From assembly GCA_964449845.1 (NCBI GenBank), contig CAYVES010000004.1:1-50068 (forward strand): a DNA stretch of 50,068 nt, in the 5' to 3' direction. The number at the start of each line of letters is the position of its first letter. The first letter of the stretch is position 1. Below are positions 17,250 to 24,650 of the stretch, in pieces. This stretch comes from an uncultured Dehalococcoidia bacterium. Lineage in GTDB: Bacteria; Chloroflexota; Dehalococcoidia; SZUA-161. The notes under the pieces were generated by a model that was not told the DNA's origin, made no database searches, and saw only the letters and a list, made by a program, of their open reading frames with translations. The position numbers and the translations under genes are program-made.

Positions 17250-19820
17250 CTACCTCCTTCTGAGCACCACAAAGCCCCCTAGGCCTACGACTAACACCGC
17301 ACCGATTACTCCTCCAATTACGCCCCAGGGCACTGCTGGACCATCCTCTGTCGCTGCCAGTGTGGGTGTAGGTGTGGGCACCGGTGTGGGTGTCGGTGCT
17401 GCCGTTGGCTCAGGCGTAGGTGTGGGTGCAGCAGTTGGCTCGGGAGTAGGTGTAGGCGACGGCGTAGGCGTAGGCAGAGGTGTCGGTGCCAGCGTAGGTG
17501 TGGGTGTCAGGGTCAGCGTGGGAGTCGGCTCTGGCGTAGGCTCTGGCGTAGGCACAGGGGGCACTACGGGTGGCGGCAGTGGCACTGCCTTGACCACGAT
17601 ATCGGCCTTATCGCTTCGAACGAAGCCATCGCTCCCGGCATAGAGCTGAAGACTACCGCTTTGGGCTATAGAGATCCCTACCGTGCCATCCGGCCCAGTC
17701 AGATAATCCTGGTCAGCATGCACCGTCGCCCCTTCGAGGGGAAGCCACACACCTGTGGCGTCGTCATAGTAGGTTACAGTAGCTGTGAACTCCTGGTTTG
17801 CGAAAACGCTCTGTCTATCCAAGGATAGCTTGAGTGGGGGCTCGCTCCAAGTGTTGCTTGTGTAGAATAGAACCTCCTGGTGGGGGGGATCTGGAGGAGT
17901 GGTTTCATTCAATATGAAGTCCGCCATTCCCACTTGAGCGAACTCATAGTCCACCCTGTACACTGGCCACGGCCCCGTGTCCCAATCGCCCTCTCCACTT
18001 ACTGAGGTAACGGCCAGGCCCCACCCGAAATCCCTCACCACATACGTGAAACCACCGGCCCGTGAAGCCTCATCAAGTGCGCCGAGGGCACTCGCATATG
18101 GCAGATAATGTGAACCGCCCTGGTCGTCCGCGATGTTTGAGAAGGAAACAGTAACATCTCCGCTCCAGATAGTCGCGTCCTGCCCCTCCACTCTCACATA
18201 GACCGATGCACTATCTACGCCAGTCACGTTCACGGTAACCTTGTCGCTTCGAATGAAGCCATCACTCTCGGCATACACCTCGAGGGTAGCTTCATGATCA
18301 ACAGCAATTTCCACCGTACCATCCGGTCCTGTCAGATATCCCTGGTCGGCATGCACCGTCGCCCCTTCGAGAGGAAGCCACGCCTCCACAGCATCGTCAT
18401 AGTAAGTCACAGTGGCAGTGAACACCTCACCAACCGTAACATCCGCCTTGTCCACAGCTATATCGAGCGGTTGCTCAGCCCAGGTAGTGCTCATATAGAA
18501 CAGAAGCTCCTGATGGGGTGGATTCGGAGGAGCCGTTTCATTCAATACGAAGTCGGCCATTCCCACTTGAGCGAATTCATAGTCCACCCTGTACACTGGC
18601 CACGGCCCCGTGTCCCAATCGCCCTCTCCACTTACTGAGGTAACGGCCAGGCCCCACCCAAAATCCCTCACCACATACGGAAAACCGCCAGCCTGTGAAG
18701 CCTCATCGAGCGCACCGAGTGCAGTTGGGTCGGGTAGATAGTGTAGACCACCCTGGTCATCTACTATGGTCGAGTCGATAACAGTCACGTCACCGCTCCA
18801 GATAGTCGCGTCCTGCCCCTCCACTCTCACATAGATTGAAACCGCTTCCTCCTGTTGCAGACCATCTACAGGATAATGCTGACCCAAAAGCGCTGGTATG
18901 GCATAGGAGGTCATCCATGCCACATTCAAGGGCGTGGCCGCCTGCCAGTTGAATGAGCCGTCAGGGTTGTGAAATGTCAGCAGGTCATCCACAGGGTCGG
19001 TACCATTTCCACTCCGCCAGTTAGTACCAGTCGGGTCCTGACCGGCTGCTACAATAGCAGCGATGCCCCAAGAATCTGTTCCGGCATTGGTTGCGCCCCA
19101 GGACTCGAAACCGCCGTTACCCATTTGCATCGACTTCATGTAGGCAAGACCATTCTGGACGACTGTTGAAGCCTGAGGCTCACCAGCCGCGACAAGAGCC
19201 ATTATCGCTGCCGCAGCATCATCCACATCGCTATCAGCCCCTACACCCCAGCTCCAACCGCCGTCGCTGTTCTGGTTAGCCTTGATAAAGGCCACTGTGT
19301 TTGTGACAATCTCTGAGGCCGGGTTTTTACCAGCAGCGATAAGCGCCATCAGCCCCCAGAAATCGTCGTTTAGTAGACCTGTATCACCGAGCTGCGTACC
19401 ATCGTAGGCCCCCTCGATCAAACCCACGAAATCTACACCACCGAAATTGGCCGGGTCCTCTCCCGCAGCGACTATCGCAAGTACCATCCTGGTATAATCG
19501 GTCACGCCGGCAGCAGTTCCAGCGTTCGCTGCGAGGTAATCAACCATAGAAGCCCCGCCACCAGAAGCCCACGTATGCGGGTCTTCTCCCGCAGCAGCTA
19601 TAGCCATGGTCGCCCAGCCCGATACTGCGAAATCGCTTATGCTACCGTCCGCACCCTGTTGTCCACGCAGATAGTCCAGCGCATTGGCTACCTCGGCATC
19701 TGCCGGCTGCAAAGGATATGGAGAATAAGCCAACGCTCTCGGAGCCACCAACATCGGTACCATGAGCACATATACCAGCAACACGCTGATGACAGTAGTG
19801 AACCTTACTTTCCTTGACAC
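17250..19820 (-). CDS. Large cell-surface protein: signal peptide, alpha/alpha-toroid (prenyltransferase/squalene-oxidase-like) repeats, 2x DUF4430-like/Ig-like module, PT-rich linker, C-terminal TM anchor
   Basis: 856 aa with a GTG start. Repeats such as [22 protein letters not shown] and DGGWSWG...[14 protein letters not shown] are present. Two 211-aa tandem modules follow, then an 80-aa PT linker and [25 protein letters not shown]. Confidence 0.78.
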   Translation of the reverse strand: MSRKVRFTTVISVLLVYVLMVPMLVAPRALAYSPYPLQPADAEVANALDYLRGQQGADGSISDFAVSGWATMAIAAAGEDPHTWASGGGASMVDYLAANAGTAAGVTDYTRMVLAIVAAGEDPANFGGVDFVGLIEGAYDGTQLGDTGLLNDDFWGLMALIAAGKNPASEIVTNTVAFIKANQNSDGGWSWGVGADSDVDDAAAAIMALVAAGEPQASTVVQNGLAYMKSMQMGNGGFESWGATNAGTDSWGIAAIVAAGQDPTGTNWRSGNGTDPVDDLLTFHNPDGSFNWQAATPLNVAWMTSYAIPALLGQHYPVDGLQQEEAVSIYVRVEGQDATIWSGDVTVIDSTIVDDQGGLHYLPDPTALGALDEASQAGGFPYVVRDFGWGLAVTSVSGEGDWDTGPWPVYRVDYEFAQVGMADFVLNETAPPNPPHQELLFYMSTTWAEQPLDIAVDKADVTVGEVFTATVTYYDDAVEAWLPLEGATVHADQGYLTGPDGTVEIAVDHEATLEVYAESDGFIRSDKVTVNVTGVDSASVYVRVEGQDATIWSGDVTVSFSNIADDQGGSHYLPYASALGALDEASRAGGFTYVVRDFGWGLAVTSVSGEGDWDTGPWPVYRVDYEFAQVGMADFILNETTPPDPPHQEVLFYTSNTWSEPPLKLSLDRQSVFANQEFTATVTYYDDATGVWLPLEGATVHADQDYLTGPDGTVGISIAQSGSLQLYAGSDGFVRSDKADIVVKAVPLPPPVVPPVPTPEPTPEPTPTLTLTPTPTLAPTPLPTPTPSPTPTPEPTAAPTPTPEPTAAPTPTPVPTPTPTLAATEDGPAVPWGVIGGVIGAVLVVGLGGFVVLRRR
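17343..17582 (-). repeat. Low-complexity Pro/Thr-rich linker coding region
   Basis: Encodes [22 protein letters not shown]...[27 protein letters not shown]. The Gly/Val-rich + strand ORF at 17233-17643 is its antisense shadow. Confidence 0.9.
17578..18843 (-). repeat. Intragenic tandem duplication, 2 x 633 nt (2 x 211 aa)
   Basis: A run of about 85 nt, identical apart from one position near its start, recurs at an offset of exactly 633 nt (for example catagtccaccctgtacactggccacggccccgtgtcccaatcgcc at 17945 and 18578). The protein modules begin S(I/V)[18 protein letters not shown]. Confidence 0.9.
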
Positions 19821-19924
19821 TTCTAGCCTCCCAGTTTCATCTCGATTTCTGTATTCATAGCTTGTCTACCAAGTTGCGACTTGCACCTCGCTCTTAGTTG
19901 CCACCAAGCAATCCACAATTTCAG

Positions 19925-19953
19925 ATTATAATCCATTTTTCTGGAGATGTCAA
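19925..19953 (-). promoter_or_regulatory. Consensus sigma70-type promoter for the surface-protein/ECF operon
   Basis: On the minus strand: TTGACA (19953-19948), a 17-nt spacer, then TATAAT (19930-19925). It lies about 100 nt upstream of the GTG at 19820. Confidence 0.6.
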
Positions 19954-20195
19954 CGACACTCATAGCCTATCGAAGAGGTGCACGATTCTGACCTACGGTA
20001 GGTAGTATATGATTGTACCCAATTGTACGAACCTGTGGTTGAGAGCCGATTACAGATATAAACGGAAAGCTGCGAAGAGCTTACAAGTTGATTACAGTTC
20101 AAGGTAGACAACGTCACTGCGTAGTAACAGCATGAACGTGACGACAACCCAACGAAAAGGAAGTGAGCCGGACGCGGGTCGCCACTCCCCCGCTC

Positions 20196-20236
20196 GGCTC
20201 ACGATCCAGGGTAGGAGGTTAATGTTTGAGAGAATT
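20196..20236 (+). repeat. 41-bp direct repeat, copy 2
   Basis: ggctcacgatccagggtaggaggttaatgtttgagagaatt. It is preceded by the hairpin GTGAGCCG-n24-CGGCTCAC and followed only by a 12-codon ORF (MFERIAYQLILQ*). Confidence 0.75.
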
Positions 20237-20319
20237 GCGTATCAACTCATCTTGCAATAATCTAATAGGCATAGCCTCTAATGCCGTCTTATTTATAGAC
20301 CTATGGCACTATGGCTAAA

Positions 20320-20610
20320 TCAATCGCGAGGAGGGACTATAGGCCTGAATTCGTACTCTTTCCCTTCGCCCAAACTGAAAACAAGCTTATCCTCCGAGGC
20401 TTCCTTTATCCAGCCAGCATAAGCTCTAACATGCTCGAAATCATAGAAAGAAACGACGTGGGTAGCTTTGTGGCTGTCCTCTTCAATAACAGACTTCGGT
20501 GCAGATGCCTCCTCGAGATTTAGCTCCTGAAGCCTGAGGCGGAAACAGCGTCCCACTCTTCGATAGCACCCGGTCCGCATAATCAACCGATAGTACTGAT
20601 TAGGTATCAT
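20320..20610 (-). CDS. Hypothetical protein
   Basis: 96-aa ORF, 18 nt downstream of the preceding minus-strand gene. A purine-rich GAGGGGGAAGGGGG lies before the ATG. No recognisable domain. Confidence 0.35.
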   Translation of the reverse strand: MIPNQYYRLIMRTGCYRRVGRCFRLRLQELNLEEASAPKSVIEEDSHKATHVVSFYDFEHVRAYAGWIKEASEDKLVFSLGEGKEYEFRPIVPPRD

Positions 20611-20628
20611 CCCCCTTCCCCCTCAGAC

Positions 20629-21270
20629 TTACCCTATGCTCCTTGATCGCTCGCCAACCTGGCTTTTGGCCCGCGCCGCATCAAGCAGCAACCACGACCA
20701 CAACGGCCCGCCACGGCTCACCTTAACATACTTCACATCCCCGAAATCTCCGTTGAAGTCGTACCGCGCATAACATAAGGGCCACCAAGGGCTAGAACTG
20801 CAGCTAACGCTCCCAACCTCTGTCCAGTTGGCGCCGTCTGCGGACACATACACACTAAAGCGCGGAGATCCGCACCCCACCTTTGCCGCCCAGATGCTAA
20901 CCTCATTACAACCTATGACCATATCCACAGTACAATTGCCCGTGACCATGTCCCCGGCACGACTTCCTGTGCTCGCGATTTCGGTGCAATTCCCTATGGC
21001 TGTTTCCTCAAGCTCGATGCCGATCCAGCCCCCGTGCCATATCACCGCGCCATCGTCATCCTGTTCACCTAATGCGGCTTCAGCGAAAAGACAGCGATAT
21101 GATGCGAATACGCTCGCTCCGTAACTTTCACCCAAAGGCGATTTGACGCCAACGCAAGCAGTGATAGAAGTCTCCGCATCAGACCCATAAACATGCGTGG
21201 CATATGGCACTGCGCCTAAAACAACGCAGAGCAACAGGACGCCAAAGATAAGAAGTGATTTCCTGCTCAA
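20629..21270 (-). CDS. Secreted Cys-rich protein, C-terminal part resembling a galactose-binding/discoidin-like fold
   Basis: Signal peptide MSRKSLLIFGVLLLCVVLGAVPYA. The C-terminal FSVYVSADGANWTEVGSV...VKYVKV pattern supports the fold guess. Confidence 0.5.
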   Translation of the reverse strand: MSRKSLLIFGVLLLCVVLGAVPYATHVYGSDAETSITACVGVKSPLGESYGASVFASYRCLFAEAALGEQDDDGAVIWHGGWIGIELEETAIGNCTEIASTGSRAGDMVTGNCTVDMVIGCNEVSIWAAKVGCGSPRFSVYVSADGANWTEVGSVSCSSSPWWPLCYARYDFNGDFGDVKYVKVSRGGPLWSWLLLDAARAKSQVGERSRSIG

Positions 21271-21309
21271 GCTTCTTGCAACCCTCTCTTCAGCAGCTGC
21301 TTTACTTAA

Positions 21310-22038
21310 TCACACTGACTTTATTGCCCGGTAATAGAAAGCGCTGGTGCAGTCTCCGGCCGCTTGACCATTGGGGATGGAAATCCAGTAATAAGCCTGC
21401 GTAACACGGTCTTCAGATAGCGGCACTGCCACCAAATACCAAGTGACATAGCTTGTGGTCAGGATAGCAGCGCCGCTAGTGCTGTCAGTGTCGTTATACT
21501 TGACGTTCCCAATGCTTATGGTGCCGGGGCCGCTGAAGTCTGTGCCCTTGACCTGGACATCGACATCCACATTAGTCTCACTACCGATGGTCAGGGTGAC
21601 AGCGCCCTGCGCTCCACCCCAGTTGGCCTGGTGGTCTTCCTCTCCCGGATTAACAGTACCAAATACTATACCGTCGTTGTTGTAATCAGTCACAGTGAAG
21701 GAGATAACCTCCGTAGGAGTAGGCGTCGGGGTAGGCGTTGGAGTAGGGGTAGGCGTTGGAGTAGGGGCGGCAGCCTCTATATAGGTGACACCTATCTTGC
21801 TCAGGACCGGAGTCCTCCCCGGCTCAGTGGTGCCGAGGAAGGCCTTGTACTTGATATAGCGGTCGCCATCATGCCCTGACCAGATATCAGTGCCGCTGAT
21901 CGTATAGTAGGTGCTGGCCGTCCCGTCTGGCCCCAGAAAACTCCACGTAGAGTTATCATCGTTGGTCGCGATCTGGAATTTCACCTCTGTGCCCAACACA
22001 ATGGCAGCACACCAGAGCAGTTTGCCAAGAAAGGCCAC
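21310..22038 (-). CDS. Secreted/surface protein with a (TP)9 linker
   Basis: 242 aa with a GTG start and a short hydrophobic N-terminus. The motif [14 protein letters not shown]...RYIKYKAFL is followed by [22 protein letters not shown] and a beta-rich C-terminal domain. Confidence 0.5.
   Translation of the reverse strand: [242 protein letters not shown]
21713..21772 (-). repeat. (ACN-CCN)n microsatellite-like stretch encoding (TP)9
   Basis: The plus strand reads gtaggagtaggcgtcggggtaggcgttggagtaggggtaggcgttggagtagggg. Confidence 0.85.
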
Positions 22039-22220
22039 TCGTAGCGTCCTAGGGTGGACCAGGAAAACGGGTTTGTTGGGTGACTATGTCGGTTGGGGGC
22101 GCCAACGAAACTCCGTGTTTACCCAAGAAGGCGAAAACGTCGTTGGTGTCTATCGGTTTTTCATCGTAGCTAGAAGCTCCCGATCAGTATTTGGGGAGAA
22201 GATCGATTGGGGCGGGGATT

Positions 22221-22952
22221 GTGAGGGTTCTGATCATTGAAGATGACCTGGAGACTGTTGAGTCTGTTTCCATGGCCCTGCAGATACCCTGGCCGGAGGC
22301 TGAAATACTGTCCGCTCGCCTCGGAAAGAAAGGGATAGAGGTGGCGAAGAGTGAAGCCCCCGATATCATCATCCTTGATCTGGGTCTTCCCGATATAAGC
22401 GGCTTCGAGGTGCTGGAGCGAGTACGCCTCTCCGAGCCTGTGCCCATTATTGTCCTCACTGTTAGCGGGGAGGAAGCGAGCATAGTTAGGGGACTAGGTG
22501 AGGGGGCAGACGATTACATAGTCAAGCCCTGCGGACATCTCGAACTCCTGGCACGGGTGAAGGCCAGGATACGCGATAAGGACCGTTCGGGGGGAAAGTC
22601 ACCCCTCTTCTTCGGCCCGCTGAGCTTCAATCCCTCCAGACGCAGGCTTCTGAACGGAGGAAAGGAGCTAAACCTCACTGGAATCCAGGCTCGTATCATT
22701 CATTGCTTGATGAGAAAGAGGGGTAGTGTGGCGACCTGCTCCGGCCTTGCCCGTGCCGTATGGGGTGATGATTATCCCGGGTCTACATATAGCCTCAGGG
22801 TTCATATCAGACACCTCCGCCAGAAAGTGGAAGCAGACCCCAGTCACCCGCAGCTTATTCTCACCAAACGGGGCATAGGATACTTCGTGGCAAAACCAGG
22901 TGAACCTGATCGGAGTGGACCCATGAAACACCACGCCATGGAGGAAGTATAA
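22221..22952 (+). CDS. OmpR/PhoB-family response regulator (REC + winged helix); no cognate kinase adjacent
   Basis: VRVLIIEDD, IIILDLGLPD, VLTVSG and DYIVKP are the receiver motifs. The C-terminal LTGIQARIIHCL...VHIRHLRQKVE...ILTKRGIGYFV is the wHTH. The GTG at 22221 is preferred over the TTG at 22191. Confidence 0.85.
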   Translation: MRVLIIEDDLETVESVSMALQIPWPEAEILSARLGKKGIEVAKSEAPDIIILDLGLPDISGFEVLERVRLSEPVPIIVLTVSGEEASIVRGLGEGADDYIVKPCGHLELLARVKARIRDKDRSGGKSPLFFGPLSFNPSRRRLLNGGKELNLTGIQARIIHCLMRKRGSVATCSGLARAVWGDDYPGSTYSLRVHIRHLRQKVEADPSHPQLILTKRGIGYFVAKPGEPDRSGPMKHHAMEEV

Positions 22953-23007
22953 CCGCCTCGCAATATTGAAGCGCCCTCCCAGGCCCTCACCGGTTTACTC
23001 CCTCCAA

Positions 23008-23086
23008 ATCTTTATCCGCTTGTAAGCCCTCTGTAATCCCGTCTTCATATCCTTAATGGGTTTTGTAATTCCAATGTTTGTATACT
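23008..23086 (+). promoter_or_regulatory. Cluster of short related repeats plus a possible -10, upstream of gvpA (candidate response-regulator binding region)
   Basis: ATCTTTAT (23008) and ATCCTTAA (23049). TGTAAGCC (23021), TGTAATCC (23032) and TGTAATTCC (23064) reverse-complement to GGMTTACA. TATACT is at 23081-23086. Compare the ATCYTTAY array at 48641-48691. Confidence 0.35.
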
Positions 23087-23234
23087 TCGTTAAGAGATGG
23101 AACAGTACGCCAACCCTTGAGTTCAACGCCAGCGTGTACTATTTCCATTTCAGAAATGCCCAAACGGGTGATTGTCCATGCGACGCAAATGCACTAGTGT
23201 CGACATGCAATCAAAAGGAAAGGAGGTGATTTAG

Positions 23235-23441
23235 ATGGCGGTAGAGAAGACAATGGCTTCCGATACCCTGGTTGAGGTCATCGACCGAATCCTAGACAAA
23301 GGCATAGTCGTTGATGCCTGGGTGAGGTTGTCACTGGTGGGCATCGAGCTGCTCACCATCGAGACCAGGGCGGTGGTCTCTTCCGTTGAGACCTTCCTCA
23401 AATACTCTGAGGCGGTTGGTCTTACTGCGCAAGCAGCCTAG
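23235..23441 (+). CDS. gvpA: Gas vesicle major structural protein GvpA
   Basis: 68 aa. [52 protein letters not shown] is the near-invariant GvpA core. A strong RBS (AAAGGAAAGGAGG) is present. Confidence 0.97.
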   Translation: MAVEKTMASDTLVEVIDRILDKGIVVDAWVRLSLVGIELLTIETRAVVSSVETFLKYSEAVGLTAQAA

Positions 23442-23675
23442 GTCGTGACCACGCGGTAACGGAAGAGGTCAGGAAGGCATCCTTTAGGTATAGAGGCGCA
23501 ACCCCTCCCAAAGTCAACTGCCCCTCTATATCGCAGAACGGGAATTACATAGTAGCCTAAAGCATGCCAGGTTACTCCGAGTTACCACAAGAGGGCAATT
23601 CTTAAGGCATTATGATTTTCCTGATCTTAAGGCCGAGGCAGATTGCCCTCAAACTTCGTTAAAGGGGACTGAATA

Positions 23676-24293
23676 ATGGGAAGCCCTATTGAAAATGTCA
23701 TCGATTCATATGAGGCGCGCGTAACGACGGTTGGCGCCCTGATGAGGCAAATGGTGGAGGTCTTGAAACGGTTTGACCTCGAGCAGGAAGAGAAGGTTAT
23801 GGAGCTGCGTGACCTCTTGGCTCGTGCCGAATCTTTGAGAAGAAAGGACTTCGACACATTGATGGCGGAAATCCGGGCTCGGCGAAGGGAAAAGGAGAAG
23901 AAGGTTGCCCATGCTCTTGACAGTTTCCTGAAGGAGCAAGAGGAGCTGGTGGCCTGGCTGAGGAAGGTCATCACCGATGGCGATATCGGGTTGGAGGAAT
24001 TCAAGGCCCTGAGCCACAGCATCCTCACCCGGCAGAAGGGGGCGCAAGGAGACCTCGGCAGAATGTTGAGAGAGCTGCACCTGGAGCACGAGGAGATGAA
24101 CATTGGTCTGCGGAAGCTTCTCCAGAAGGGGGAGCGGGTCCGCGTAGAGGACTTCAAAGCCATGATAAAGGCTATCCAGCTCAGGCAGGGAGGGAGACAG
24201 GATGAGGTAGGCAGAATGCTGGACGAGCTGTGGGGGGTTGATGAGGAGGTGGCCTCCCAGTGGCACAAGGTGATGAGTTCTATTAGAACCTAA
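23676..24293 (+). CDS. Coiled-coil protein with three ~45-aa internal repeats (candidate GvpC-like accessory protein)
   Basis: 205 aa. Three repeats: SLRRKDFDTLMAEIRARRREKE..., IGLEEFKALSHSILTRQKGAQGDLGRMLRELH and VRVEDFKAMIKAIQLRQGGRQDEVGRMLDELW. It is the first protein gene after gvpA. Confidence 0.7.
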   Translation: MGSPIENVIDSYEARVTTVGALMRQMVEVLKRFDLEQEEKVMELRDLLARAESLRRKDFDTLMAEIRARRREKEKKVAHALDSFLKEQEELVAWLRKVITDGDIGLEEFKALSHSILTRQKGAQGDLGRMLRELHLEHEEMNIGLRKLLQKGERVRVEDFKAMIKAIQLRQGGRQDEVGRMLDELWGVDEEVASQWHKVMSSIRT

Positions 24294-24650
24294 TCAAATA
24301 TCAAAGGAGGGAAGGAAGTGTCAAGGGCAAGTGATGTGAGAAGTCCAGCCCGGGACATTCCTCAAACGCACGGGGAGAGGGCCAAGCAAGTGGCGGAGAT
24401 AAAGGAAGACGTCAAGGCGCTGGTAAAGGTCATCCAGCTCGGGCAGGAGGGGAGACAGGATGAAGTAGGCAAGATGCTGGACGAGTTGTGGGGTGTTGAT
24501 CGGGAGGTGGCTATCCAGTGGCACAAGGTGATGAGTTCTATTAGAACCTAATCGAATATCAAAGGAGGGAAGGAAATGTCAAGGGCAAGTGATGTGAGAA
24601 GTCTGACCCAGGATATTGCTCAAGCGCACGACGATAGGGCTCAAGAGCAG
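24148..24650 (+). repeat. Tandem duplication with a 258-bp period (about 1.9 copies)
   Basis: tggcacaaggtgatgagttctattagaacctaatc(a/g)aatatcaaaggagggaaggaa(g/a)tgtcaagggcaagtgatgtgagaagtc occurs at 24261 and 24519. The unit spans the 3' end of the 205-aa gene, the intergenic RBS and the 5' end of the next gene. Confidence 0.88.
24318..24551 (+). CDS. Chimeric 77-aa ORF created by the 258-bp duplication
   Basis: The N-terminal MSRASDVRSPARDIPQTHGERAKQVAEIKE matches the N-terminus of 24576-25244. The C-terminal QLGQEGRQDEVGKMLDELWGVDREVAIQWHKVMSSIRT matches the C-terminus of 23676-24293. GTG start, same RBS. Confidence 0.5.
   Translation: MSRASDVRSPARDIPQTHGERAKQVAEIKEDVKALVKVIQLGQEGRQDEVGKMLDELWGVDREVAIQWHKVMSSIRT

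Noticed and set aside
17233-17643. Gly/Val-rich 136-aa ORF on the + strand.
   Set aside because: It is the exact antisense of the Pro/Thr-rich linker of the surface-protein gene (CCN/ACN read backwards gives GGN/GTN). It is not a gene.
19821-19925. Possible cobalamin riboswitch in the leader of the putative corrinoid-uptake operon.
   Set aside because: The leader is only about 100 nt. I could not find a B12-box-like GCCACUG/AGYCMGG core or the usual multi-stem layout. A covariance-model scan would be needed to be certain.
23056-23232. 58-aa ORF (MGFVIPMFVYFVKRW...) in the gvpA upstream region.
   Set aside because: It has no RBS and AT-rich, non-coding-like composition relative to neighbouring genes. 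It overlaps the candidate promoter/repeat region and ends in the gvpA Shine-Dalgarno.
24318-24551. Treating the 77-aa ORF as an independent conserved gvp gene.
   Set aside because: Its sequence is fully explained as a junction product of the 258-bp tandem duplication. It is kept as a low-confidence CDS but not as a distinct family.
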